Shown here one piece after another: positions 22,662 through 31,583 of a stretch of DNA of 64,000 bases. Under the pieces are notes generated by a model. It did not search any database, was not told the DNA's origin, and saw nothing but the letters and a program-made list of their open reading frames with translations. The stretch's first letter is position 1. The number at the start of each line of letters is the position of its first letter. This DNA is from Bacillota bacterium (GTDB lineage Bacteria; Bacillota; Clostridia; Acetivibrionales; DTU013). The position numbers were made by a program, and so were the translations under genes. The stretch covers positions 244,926-308,925 of the forward strand of contig JAEYOP010000030.1 of assembly GCA_023411575.1 (NCBI GenBank), written 5' to 3'.

Positions 22662-24082
22662 AACGCCCTCTTTATTCGGCTCTTCTTAAAATACTGGCCA
22701 CATCGGCCATAGGCGCCTTTCTCTACGCCGTGGTCCTCACCCTGCGGGCCGCTCTTTTCGGCACGGCCGGAGGCTTTCTTCCCGCCGCCGGCTTTGCCCT
22801 GGCAATGGGGTTCGGCTATCTGGCAGGCAGGAGGCTTTTACGGAGCACGCCGCCCTTTGCGATCAGGATATCTGCCGCCAGGCCGGTGAAATTTGTCTTG
22901 TTCATGCTGGGCGCAAAGGATGCCGCCGGCTCGGTTGCCGCCGTAACGGCCTGGCTTCTCGCGCTGCTCCCGCTCCTTGCAGCCTTCCTTGCATTTGCGG
23001 GCTCCGGCTTTCTCCGGCTGCCCTTTGAGCTTTTCGTCGTCATCCTGGCGTATGCCACTGCTTTAAAGCATTCGCTGCAGCCGTTTTCCAGGATCATGAG
23101 CAATTATAAGGCGTATGCCGGTTTCGTCTTCCTGGCCCTTTGCCTGGAGAGCCTCCATTTCCTGGAGAGCATTTCCTACCTGCGGCCGTGGCTCTTGGTC
23201 ATTTCCTATTATTACATCCTGGTTTACCTGCTGGCAAAAAACCAGGAAGACATCGACAGCAATATTTTTGACAAGAAGCATATCGAAAAGTCCATACTAC
23301 CCCGAAACCTCAGACGGTTCAACACCTTCTGGGTGTGTATGCTGTTTCTGGCGGTCGTGCTGCTTTTTAACCTGAAGCCCGTGATCATCTGGCTGCTTCG
23401 GCTGGCCGCCCAAATTTCCGTTTTTATTATTTCAGCGGTCTTCTGGCTCGCATCCCTTCTTTTCACACCGACGAGCACGATGGAATCCGGAGGGGCCGCA
23501 ACGGACCCGGGCTTTTTCGGAGCGGCCGTGGAAGCGATCCGGCCTCTCCAGAACCTGCTCTCCAATACGGTCAAAAATGCGGTCCTGTTCTACCTGGCCT
23601 ACCGGCTGCTGCTGTCGCTTGCAAAATGGATCCCGGTCCTTTTGCGGAAGCTGGCGGAGCAAATCCGCAGGCTCTTTTCCTTCCGGAAAGGAGAGCATTC
23701 CTATGAAACCGCCGATTACAGCGATGAGACGGAAACCGTAAAGCCCGTGCAGGAGCAGGAACAAAAGCGGAGCCTGAAAAAGAAGATGAAGAAGAGCAGC
23801 CGGACCCTGAAAGGGATCACCGATCCGGTGGAGCGGGTACGATTCATGTACGGGTCGATCCTTTCCATGCTGCCGCTCCTTGGCGTCCGGACCGAACAGA
23901 GCGATACGACGGCGGACATCCTTAAAAAGGCCTCCGTTTCACCGCAGATATCCGATGAGCTTGCACCCTTCACCGGGATATACAATTGCGTGCGGTACGG
24001 GGAGCAGGTGCCCGACGGCGCGGCGCTGCAGAGGGCGGAAGGCCATTTTGACAAGGCAGTTGAAGTATTGGACGGGAAATAA
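22658..24082 (+). CDS. Polytopic membrane protein with a DUF4129-like C-terminal domain
   Basis: 474 aa. The GTG start overlaps the DUF58 stop (GTGA). There are multiple hydrophobic segments. The C-terminus ADILKKASVSPQISDELAPFTGIYNCVRYGEQVPDGAALQRAEGHF resembles DUF4129. I saw no obvious transglutaminase Cys-His-Asp core. Confidence 0.6.
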   Translation: MKRPLYSALLKILATSAIGAFLYAVVLTLRAALFGTAGGFLPAAGFALAMGFGYLAGRRLLRSTPPFAIRISAARPVKFVLFMLGAKDAAGSVAAVTAWLLALLPLLAAFLAFAGSGFLRLPFELFVVILAYATALKHSLQPFSRIMSNYKAYAGFVFLALCLESLHFLESISYLRPWLLVISYYYILVYLLAKNQEDIDSNIFDKKHIEKSILPRNLRRFNTFWVCMLFLAVVLLFNLKPVIIWLLRLAAQISVFIISAVFWLASLLFTPTSTMESGGAATDPGFFGAAVEAIRPLQNLLSNTVKNAVLFYLAYRLLLSLAKWIPVLLRKLAEQIRRLFSFRKGEHSYETADYSDETETVKPVQEQEQKRSLKKKMKKSSRTLKGITDPVERVRFMYGSILSMLPLLGVRTEQSDTTADILKKASVSPQISDELAPFTGIYNCVRYGEQVPDGAALQRAEGHFDKAVEVLDGK

Positions 24083-24126
24083 TATAATGGTGGCAGAAAG
24101 TTGGAAGGAAGCACCAAGGAGAAATT

Positions 24127-25188
24127 ATGAGCAGATATGCGGGGCAGCGATCGAGAAAAACCGGCCTGGCTCCCGGGACCCTTGTCCATATCGGAAGCCG
24201 AAAAACAGAGCGAACGAACGTATCCGTAATCGAATATGACGACGATTCCATCCGGCACATCGACGTGGACGACCCCGGCGATCTGGCCTATTTCAAGGAC
24301 AGCAGCGCCACCTCCTGGGTCAACATCGACGGCCTTCACGACACCTCCCTTCTCGGCGCCATCGGCGACGTATTCGGGCTCCATCCCCTTGTTATGGAGG
24401 ATATTGTCAATACGGATCAGCGGCCCAAAATAGAAGATTACGGGAAATATGTCTATATTGCCATCAAACAGCTGTTTCTCGACGAAGCGACCGGCGACAT
24501 CCTTACGGATCATCAAAGCATCGTTCTCGGAAACGGCTTTGTTATTTCCGCGGGCGAGAGCAGGACCAAGGTGTTCAAGCCTATAAGAGAGCGGCTGGAG
24601 AACGGCGGCCGGATCCGGAAGCTGGGCGCCGATTTTTTGGCGTATTCCCTGCTGGACGCCATAATCGACAATTATTTCGATGTCCTGGAAAGGCTCGGGG
24701 ACCGGGTCGAGGAAGTCGAAGAGCTGCTCATCAGCAGACCTGTGCCGGATACGCTCCGGAAGATAAACGACCTGAAGCGGGATATGCTTTTCATCCATAA
24801 AGGCATATGGCCTCTCCGCGAAGTGATCAATCTTCTGGAACGGGGCGAATCCCAACTGGTGCAGGACAACACCCGGCTGTTTATAAGGGATTTGTACGAC
24901 CATGTGATCCAGGCGATGGATACCTGCGAAATATACCGGGATATCCTGTCCGGCCTGTTGGATATGTATCTGTCCAGCCTGAGCAATAAAATGAATGAAG
25001 TCATGAAGGTACTGACGATCATTTCCACTATCTTTATCCCTCTTACCTTCCTGGCGGGAATATACGGCATGAATTTCCGGAACATGCCCGAGCTGGAATG
25101 GCCCTGGGGATACTTTGCGACGCTTGGGGTAATGGCGGTGATCGCCGCGGCCATGCTGACCTATTTCAAAAGAAAGAAATGGCTTTAA
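24127..25188 (+). CDS. corA: CorA-family magnesium/cobalt transporter
   Basis: 353 aa. YGMNF signature (AGIYGMNFRNMPELEWPWGYF) and two C-terminal TM helices. SD aaggag. Confidence 0.92.
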   Translation: MSRYAGQRSRKTGLAPGTLVHIGSRKTERTNVSVIEYDDDSIRHIDVDDPGDLAYFKDSSATSWVNIDGLHDTSLLGAIGDVFGLHPLVMEDIVNTDQRPKIEDYGKYVYIAIKQLFLDEATGDILTDHQSIVLGNGFVISAGESRTKVFKPIRERLENGGRIRKLGADFLAYSLLDAIIDNYFDVLERLGDRVEEVEELLISRPVPDTLRKINDLKRDMLFIHKGIWPLREVINLLERGESQLVQDNTRLFIRDLYDHVIQAMDTCEIYRDILSGLLDMYLSSLSNKMNEVMKVLTIISTIFIPLTFLAGIYGMNFRNMPELEWPWGYFATLGVMAVIAAAMLTYFKRKKWL

Positions 25189-25270
25189 ATGGTTTTGGCT
25201 GATTGGGGTTTCCTTAGAAGGGTAATGAATAAGAAGGGGAAGGGATTACCGGTCATACCAGATAAAACAA

Positions 25271-25299
25271 TTGAAAAAGCGGACGGTACACGTTATAAT
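25271..25299 (+). promoter_or_regulatory. Candidate sigma-A promoter of lon
   Basis: TTGAAA (25271-25276), 17-nt spacer, TATAAT (25294-25299), about 50 nt upstream of the lon ATG. Confidence 0.55.
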
Positions 25300-25349
25300 G
25301 GATTTTGCCGCAACAGGCCGGTTTTTTAGTTTAGTGAGGGGATGGTCAA

Positions 25350-27782
25350 ATGCCGGATATGAAAAAGAATGTAAAAAAGCAGGCTCTTCCACTTCTGCCT
25401 CTCAGAGGTCTGACTGTATTTCCATATATGATACTAACCTTTGATGTGGGCAGGGAAAAGTCCATAAAGGCGCTGGACGAAGCAATGCTCAACAACCAGC
25501 TTATATTTCTCGTGGCGCAGAAGGATGCCAAAAACGATTCACCGGAAGAAGAGGACATCTACACGGTCGGTACGATTTCGAGGGTCAAACAGCTGCTGAG
25601 GCTGCCCGGCGATACGATCCGGGTGCTGGTGGAGGGGATCAGCCGCGCCGAAGTGAAGGGATACCTGCAGACGGAGCCCTTTTTTGTGGCGGAAGTGGTG
25701 GAAAAAATGATCCCGCCGGAGGAGAGCAAGCTCGTCGAATATGAAGCCCTGAAGAGGAATGTGCTGAGCTCCTTCGACGAATATGCGAAGCTCAGCGGCA
25801 AGATTTCGCCGGATACGGTGACCTCCGTCGGCACCATTGAGGACATCGGACAATTGTCGGATATAGTCGCCTCCAACATGCTCCTGAAGGTGGAGCAGAA
25901 GCAGGAGATCATGAACGAATTCCATCCCGCCGCGAGGATGGAAAAGCTTCTGGAGCTGCTGATGAAGGAAATTGAGATCCTCGAGGTCGAAAAGAACATC
26001 AGCGTCCGGGTGCGCAAGCAGATCGACAAAATGCAGCGGGAATACTACCTCAGGGAACAGATCAAAGCAATCCAGACCGAACTTGGCGACAAGGAAGGCG
26101 TCGTCGGAGAGGTTGATGAATACAGGGAAAAGCTTCTGAAGGCGAACCTGCCCGAAGAAGCCGAGAAAAAGGTGCTCAAAGAGCTGGACCGCCTTCTGAA
26201 GATGCCTTCGGGCTCGGCGGAAGGCTCGGTGATCCGGACCTACCTCGATTGGATCTTCGATCTTCCGTGGAATACGAAAACGGAAGAGATCATCGATATC
26301 GAAAGGGCGGAGGCCATCCTGGAGGAGGACCATTACGGTCTGGCGAAGGTCAAGGAGAGAATCGTCGAATACCTTGCGATCCATAAGCTCACCCAGAACC
26401 TCAAGGGACCGATCCTTTGCCTGGTGGGGCCTCCGGGCGTGGGCAAGACCTCCATTGCAAAATCCATTGCAAGGGCGCTCAACCGGAACTACGTAAGAAT
26501 GTCCCTGGGCGGTGTGCGGGATGAGGCGGAAATCCGGGGACACCGGCGCACCTATGTGGGCGCGATGCCCGGAAGGATCATCACGGCCATGAAGCAGGCC
26601 GGCTCCAACAATCCGTTGATCCTGCTGGACGAGATCGACAAGATGAGCAGCGATTTCCGGGGCGATCCGGCGTCGGCCATGCTGGAAGTGCTGGATGCCG
26701 AACAGAATTTTTCGTTCCGGGACCACTACATGGAGCTGCCGTTCAACCTGTCCGACGTTCTGTTCCTGACCACGGCCAACAGCCTGGATACGATTCCGAG
26801 ACCGCTTCTGGACCGTATGGAGGTAATCGCCATCTCCGGTTATACGGAGGAGGAGAAGGTCAATATTGCGCAGAAGTACCTGTTGGACAAGCAGCGGGAA
26901 GCCCACGGCCTCCAGAAGAAAAACCTGAAAATGAACGAAGAGGCGATGCGCTGCCTGATCAATTATTATACAAGGGAAGCCGGCGTAAGGAATCTGGAAA
27001 GGGAAATCGCGACGGTGTGCCGGAAAGTGGCGAAGCTGCTGGTTTCCACCGGAAAGAAATCCGTTACGGTCACTCCCGCAAGCCTTGATAAATACCTGGG
27101 GACGAGGCGTTACCGGTATGACAAGGCCAACGAGAAGGATGAAGTCGGTTTGGCGACGGGACTTGCCTGGACGCCGGTGGGCGGCGACACCCTGGTGATC
27201 GAGGTGACGCTGATGGCCGGAAACGGCAAGCTGGAGCTGACGGGCCACCTCGGCGAGGTGATGAAGGAATCCGCCAGAGCGGCGATGAGCTTTATCCGCT
27301 CCAGGACGGAGATTCTGGAAATCGACAAGGATTTCCATAATAAATACGATATCCATATCCATGTGCCGGAAGGCGCAATCCCCAAGGATGGGCCTTCCGC
27401 GGGAATAACGCTTGCGACGGCCATGGTGTCGGCGCTTACAGGGATTCCGGTAAGGAGAAACGTGGCCATGACGGGAGAAATCACCCTCCGGGGAAGGGTC
27501 CTTCCCATCGGCGGGCTGAAGGAAAAGGTGCTTGCCGCTCACAGGGCCGGGATCGATACGATTGTCGTTCCGGTGGAAAACAGGAAGGACATCGAAGAGA
27601 TTCCCGAAAATGTGAGAAAGCAGTTGAAATTTGTCTTTGCCGCCGATATGGACATCGTGCTGAAGACGGCGCTGGCTCACCGGAAAAGCCGCGGCGAGCT
27701 GAAGGAAGCCGGTGAAGGGCCGGAAAAAGCCCTTTTCAGTGAGGAGAACTCCGTTCTGCCCGATCAGGATCAGGCCCATTAA
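25350..27782 (+). CDS. lon: ATP-dependent Lon protease (LonA)
   Basis: 810 aa. LON N-domain ([26 protein letters not shown]), Walker [10 protein letters not shown], and proteolytic-domain serine motif DGPSAGIT. Confidence 0.97.
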   Translation: MPDMKKNVKKQALPLLPLRGLTVFPYMILTFDVGREKSIKALDEAMLNNQLIFLVAQKDAKNDSPEEEDIYTVGTISRVKQLLRLPGDTIRVLVEGISRAEVKGYLQTEPFFVAEVVEKMIPPEESKLVEYEALKRNVLSSFDEYAKLSGKISPDTVTSVGTIEDIGQLSDIVASNMLLKVEQKQEIMNEFHPAARMEKLLELLMKEIEILEVEKNISVRVRKQIDKMQREYYLREQIKAIQTELGDKEGVVGEVDEYREKLLKANLPEEAEKKVLKELDRLLKMPSGSAEGSVIRTYLDWIFDLPWNTKTEEIIDIERAEAILEEDHYGLAKVKERIVEYLAIHKLTQNLKGPILCLVGPPGVGKTSIAKSIARALNRNYVRMSLGGVRDEAEIRGHRRTYVGAMPGRIITAMKQAGSNNPLILLDEIDKMSSDFRGDPASAMLEVLDAEQNFSFRDHYMELPFNLSDVLFLTTANSLDTIPRPLLDRMEVIAISGYTEEEKVNIAQKYLLDKQREAHGLQKKNLKMNEEAMRCLINYYTREAGVRNLEREIATVCRKVAKLLVSTGKKSVTVTPASLDKYLGTRRYRYDKANEKDEVGLATGLAWTPVGGDTLVIEVTLMAGNGKLELTGHLGEVMKESARAAMSFIRSRTEILEIDKDFHNKYDIHIHVPEGAIPKDGPSAGITLATAMVSALTGIPVRRNVAMTGEITLRGRVLPIGGLKEKVLAAHRAGIDTIVVPVENRKDIEEIPENVRKQLKFVFAADMDIVLKTALAHRKSRGELKEAGEGPEKALFSEENSVLPDQDQAH

Positions 27783-27804
27783 AATGCAATATAGAAGAAA
27801 GCCG

Positions 27805-27835
27805 AGTACTCATCCGAAAGGGTGAGTACTTTTTT
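27805..27835 (+). terminator. Rho-independent terminator after lon
   Basis: AGTACTCATCC (27805-27815), GAAA tetraloop, GGGTGAGTACT (27820-27830). That is 11 bp with one G-U, followed by TTTTT. Confidence 0.8.
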
Positions 27836-27898
27836 ATACGGCATAGTGATATCTTGCCGCAAAATCGATGGGGCTCGATGCCCCTGAGATTTTGATTG
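27834..27898 (+). repeat. 65-nt structured dispersed repeat, copy A
   Basis: ttatacggcatagtgatatcttgccgcaaaatcgatggggctcgatgcccctgagattttgattg. About 92% identical (5 mismatches) to the reverse complement of 61147-61211. It contains hairpin 1 (CGGCA/TGCCG) and hairpin 2 (CAAAATC-gat-GGGGC-tcgat-GCCCC-tga-GATTTTG). Confidence 0.85.
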
Positions 27899-27946
27899 CC
27901 CTGCATTCTTATTCCTTATAGCCCAAAAGATGACACAATTTTACTA

Positions 27947-27975
27947 TTGTGCAGGGTAGAGTGTCATGGTAAAAT
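27947..27975 (+). promoter_or_regulatory. Candidate sigma-A promoter (extended -10) of the first sensor-phosphatase gene
   Basis: TTGTGC (27947-27952), 17-nt spacer, TG-g-TAAAAT (-10 at 27970-27975). It is flanked by inverted repeats ATGACAC (27930-27936) / GTGTCAT (27961-27967) and ACAATTTTAC / GTAAAATTGT. Confidence 0.45.
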
Positions 27976-28083
27976 TGTAACAAACAGGCTATATTCCTTC
28001 CGCGTACAAAAAATTTTCGGCAACATCGATAGGGGGGGATCATTATTCGAAAGATAGCGCAGTTTATAAAAAGAAATAAGCTA

Positions 28084-29766
28084 TTGCCGCTCCTGGTCCT
28101 GTTTTTGGCCTCCATTTTCCTCGTGCTCTTCGCCATACCCCTTAAAATCGTTCATTTTAATCCCCTCCGCGAAAACGTCTTTTTGACGGCGCACAATATC
28201 ATCGAATTTTCCATAGCCGCATTTTGCTTCTCCATTTTTCTTCTTGCCTACTATGCCTATAATGAAAACAGGTGCCTCCGGACGATCCTGATCGGGAGCC
28301 TGCTGTTTGTGGTTGGCGGCATGCATGTATTCCACATGCTCACCTATAAGGGGATGCCGGATTTCCTGACGGCGAACGATACGTCAAACCGGACGGCGAC
28401 CTTATGGATCGTCGGGAGGCTGGTTTTTGCCGTTACGGTTCTGATCGGCGGCAATCTGTCCAATGAAAGAAAATGCACGGTCCGGAGAGGCTATTTCTTT
28501 GCCGGGGCCATATTCCTTACCCTGGCCGTGATAGAGGTGGTGACCTGGCAGCCATCCTTACTACCGGTCCTGTATATTGACGGACAGGGGGCCAGCGTTT
28601 CGCTGGTGGTACTGGAGTACCTCACCATGGTCATGCTTTTAATCGCCGCCCTTTCCTATTTCCGGAACGGGAGGAGGGGCGGGGACGTGATCGCCTTTAC
28701 CATGTCCCTGGGACTGTTCATGGGCGCCTTCGGTATTCTTTGCTTCCTCCTCTATCCAGCCGAATACGACGTAGTCAATGTGATTGGTCATATCATTGAA
28801 TTCGTTTCCATCAACGCCACGTTCAAAACGGCGGTATACCGGAATGTAATCGATCCCCACGTGGAATTGACCTCGGCGCAAAAGGAGCTGAAGGATTATG
28901 TCGCCAATCTGGATAGGACGGTGGAGCAAAGGACCAGGGAACTGCAGGTGATGAACAGCAAGCTTATGGAGGATATGGAGTACGCCCGCGAAATTCAGGA
29001 TGCCCTCCTCCCCCAGGTTCTGCCGGATACAAAGGATATTTCCTTCGTTTCCGTCTATCTTCCCACGGATCGGATCAGCGGGGATTCCTACGACGTATTC
29101 CTGCTCAATGACCGCTATATCGGATTTTATGTAAGCGACGCATCGGGGCATGGGGTTCCTGCCGCCATGCTGAACGTATTTCTGAAACAGTGCATCGACA
29201 ATATCGTGGAAGCCGACAGGGACGCAGGAACGGTATCCATGCCGTCGGCGGTCCTCCTGAAGGTTTATGAAGCGTTCAACCATACCAATTTCAAGGATGA
29301 TGTCTACATTGTCCTGGTGTACTGCATTTACGATAGAATACAAAAAAGGCTGATCTACTGCTCGGCGGGAATGAATGTCCTGCCCCTGCTGTCCGGCAGA
29401 GACGGCGGCATCAGGGAAATTGAAATGAACGGCTTCCCGATCTGCAAGCTGAGTGAGGTTTGTGAGGCGGAATACTACGATCATATTATTCCGGTACGGG
29501 GCGGCGACCAGCTGTTTTTATATACGGACGGGCTTCCGGAAGCGTTGAACGGCAGCGGAGAATATTATTCCAATCAACGGCTGAAAAATCTGATTGCCCG
29601 GAACAGGGACAAGAAGCTGTTTGACCAGTGCAGGATCATAACGGGCGATTTTGCCGATTTCCGCGCCGGCAAAAAGGCGGATGACGACGTCACGCTGCTG
29701 GCGGTGGAGTTCAGGGAGGGAAATACGGCGGACACAGGTTTTCTTGTCTGCGACAATGCAGTGTGA
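28084..29766 (+). CDS. Membrane sensor (MASE3-like polytopic domain) fused to a PP2C/SpoIIE-type serine phosphatase, paralog 1
   Basis: About 270 aa of hydrophobic helices (AHNIIEFSIAAFCFSIFLLAYYAY..) are followed by a coiled linker and a PPM domain (RISGDSYDVFLLNDRYIGFYVSDASGHGVPAAMLNVFLKQ, YTDGLPEA, DDVTLLAVEF). The start is uncertain. The TTG at 28084 has no SD. The frame is open from 28033, and a G-rich SD (28031-28038) precedes in-frame ATC/ATT codons (28039-28047). Confidence 0.8.
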   Translation: MPLLVLFLASIFLVLFAIPLKIVHFNPLRENVFLTAHNIIEFSIAAFCFSIFLLAYYAYNENRCLRTILIGSLLFVVGGMHVFHMLTYKGMPDFLTANDTSNRTATLWIVGRLVFAVTVLIGGNLSNERKCTVRRGYFFAGAIFLTLAVIEVVTWQPSLLPVLYIDGQGASVSLVVLEYLTMVMLLIAALSYFRNGRRGGDVIAFTMSLGLFMGAFGILCFLLYPAEYDVVNVIGHIIEFVSINATFKTAVYRNVIDPHVELTSAQKELKDYVANLDRTVEQRTRELQVMNSKLMEDMEYAREIQDALLPQVLPDTKDISFVSVYLPTDRISGDSYDVFLLNDRYIGFYVSDASGHGVPAAMLNVFLKQCIDNIVEADRDAGTVSMPSAVLLKVYEAFNHTNFKDDVYIVLVYCIYDRIQKRLIYCSAGMNVLPLLSGRDGGIREIEMNGFPICKLSEVCEAEYYDHIIPVRGGDQLFLYTDGLPEALNGSGEYYSNQRLKNLIARNRDKKLFDQCRIITGDFADFRAGKKADDDVTLLAVEFREGNTADTGFLVCDNAV

Positions 29767-29798
29767 TAAAATAGTTGCAAAAGAAGAAGGGGATACGG

Positions 29799-31475
29799 AT
29801 GAGCAAGCTCTTGCAGTGCATTAAAATCTATAGACATCTGGTTGCACCATCGGTATTCCTTATCCTGGCAATCCCCCTGCTTGCGTTTGCCCGGTTCTTC
29901 GAAGCCCCTTTTGACCGTATCTTCGATGCGCCCACCTACCTGGCCTGGCACAATCTGTTTGAAATGTCCTTCGTCGTAGGATTTATTGCGATATTCCTGA
30001 TTACATACCACACTTACAGCAGAACAGCCCGCCTGAAAACGATCCTCATTGGAAACATGCTGCTGATCGTCGGGATCCTGCATGCTTTGCACATGCTCAC
30101 CTTCGAGGGTATGCCGGCTTTTTTCACGGCGCCGGACGCAAACCGCTCCGCGACGTACTGGATCCTGGCCAGGAGCTTTTTTGTCCTTACCTTTCTGGTG
30201 ACGGCCAATATCCATCCCAACATTCAGTGCAAAAGAAACAGAGATTATTTTCTTGCCGCCTCCTTAGTGGTTGCCGGCGGTATTTTCATTGTGGTGACCC
30301 GCTTCCCGGCAGTGCTTCCGGCCATGTACACGGACGGAGAAGGGCTGACGCCGGTAAAAACGGCTGCCGAGTGTGTTATCAGTCTGCTGCTTCTGGTCTG
30401 CTCCGGAATGTACTTCCGGAACGGGATCAGGCTGAAGGACAAGATGCTGCAGGTGTTCGCCTGCGCGCTGGCAATGGGTGCTCTCAGCGAAATTTCATTT
30501 GTGCTGTATGTAAATGTTTATGGGATTTACGACTATATCGGACATGCCCTCGGCATCCTTGCCATGTATATGGCCGTCCGGAACGCCATTGCCCGGAATG
30601 TGCTGGAACCGTTTTTTGCCCTGGAGGAGGCCCAGGGAGCGCTGAAGGAGCATTCGGCCAACCAGGACGGGATGATCGAGCAGAGGACGAGACAGCTGAG
30701 GGCCATGAATTCCAGGCTCATGGAGGACCTGGAATACGCGCGCGGGATACAGAAGGCGCTTCTGCCCGTATTCCTGCCGGACAACGAGGAGATTGCGGTC
30801 AATGCCGTTTACATTGCGACGGAGAGAATAAGCGGCGATTTTTATGACGTATTCCGGATAGGGGACCGCTATAAAGGCTTCTATATCAGCGATGTGTCGG
30901 GGCACGGCGTGCCGGCGGCCATGCTGACCGTATTTCTGAAGCAATGCGTCGATAATATCGTGAAGGCGGATATGCGCAATAATACGCTGACGTCGCCTGC
31001 CGACGTTCTTCAGCAGGTATACGAGGCGTTCAACAATTCCAATTTCAGCGATGAGGTCTATATTATCCTGATCTATTGCATTTATGACATGGAAGAAAAA
31101 AAGCTGATGCTCAGTTCCGCCGGAATGAATGCCAAGCCGCTGCTGGTCGAAAGCGACGGCACCATCCGGGAGCTTGAACTGGCCGGCTTCCCGGTCTGCA
31201 AGCTGAAAGGGGTCTGCGTTCCCGAGTTTGCCGACTATGAAATCCCTGTAAAGAATGGGGACAGGCTGTACCTGTATACGGACGGATTGCCGGAAGCCAG
31301 GGACGCCGGCGGAGACATGTATTCCAGCTCGAGGCTGGTGGGGCTGATTTCCCGGAGCCGCGACAGGAAGCTGGTCGAACAGCAGAATCTGATCACGGAG
31401 GACCTGTTCGATTTTTGCTCGGGCAAACGGATGAAGGATGATGTCACCCTGGTGGCCGTGGAATTCCGAAAATAA
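29799..31475 (+). CDS. Membrane sensor (MASE3-like) fused to a PP2C/SpoIIE-type serine phosphatase, paralog 2
   Basis: Same architecture as paralog 1 (WHNLFEMSFVVGFIAIFLITYHTY.., RISGDFYDVFRIGDRYKGFYISDVSGHGVPAAMLTVFLKQ, YTDGLPEA, DDVTLVAVEF). By eye the phosphatase halves are roughly 60% identical and the membrane halves much less so. ATG at 29799 (SD aagggga) is preferred over the TTG at 29775. Confidence 0.85.
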   Translation: MSKLLQCIKIYRHLVAPSVFLILAIPLLAFARFFEAPFDRIFDAPTYLAWHNLFEMSFVVGFIAIFLITYHTYSRTARLKTILIGNMLLIVGILHALHMLTFEGMPAFFTAPDANRSATYWILARSFFVLTFLVTANIHPNIQCKRNRDYFLAASLVVAGGIFIVVTRFPAVLPAMYTDGEGLTPVKTAAECVISLLLLVCSGMYFRNGIRLKDKMLQVFACALAMGALSEISFVLYVNVYGIYDYIGHALGILAMYMAVRNAIARNVLEPFFALEEAQGALKEHSANQDGMIEQRTRQLRAMNSRLMEDLEYARGIQKALLPVFLPDNEEIAVNAVYIATERISGDFYDVFRIGDRYKGFYISDVSGHGVPAAMLTVFLKQCVDNIVKADMRNNTLTSPADVLQQVYEAFNNSNFSDEVYIILIYCIYDMEEKKLMLSSAGMNAKPLLVESDGTIRELELAGFPVCKLKGVCVPEFADYEIPVKNGDRLYLYTDGLPEARDAGGDMYSSSRLVGLISRSRDRKLVEQQNLITEDLFDFCSGKRMKDDVTLVAVEFRK

Positions 31476-31583
31476 AAAAATTACTCGAAATAAAGGAATT
31501 CCCGGGGTTGATATCGAATTATGGTATAGTTTGCAAAAGTGTTCGTAAAATTCGTTAAAAAACCTTGAAAAGGGAGGCATACG

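Noticed and set aside
25298-25315. Partial similarity of gattttgccgcaac (upstream of lon) to the gattttgcggcaag segment of the 65-nt repeat
   Set aside because: It is only about 14 nt, with a mismatch in the core, and none of the hairpin-2 sequence is present. This is most likely chance.
25330-25352. Single GGTCAAA heptad at the lon start (possible CtsR box), plus a search for a CIRCE element upstream of lon
   Set aside because: CtsR operators are tandem heptads (GGTCAAAnAnGGTCAAA). Only one copy is present and it overlaps the start codon. No TTAGCACTC-n9-GAGTGCTAA CIRCE sequence was found.
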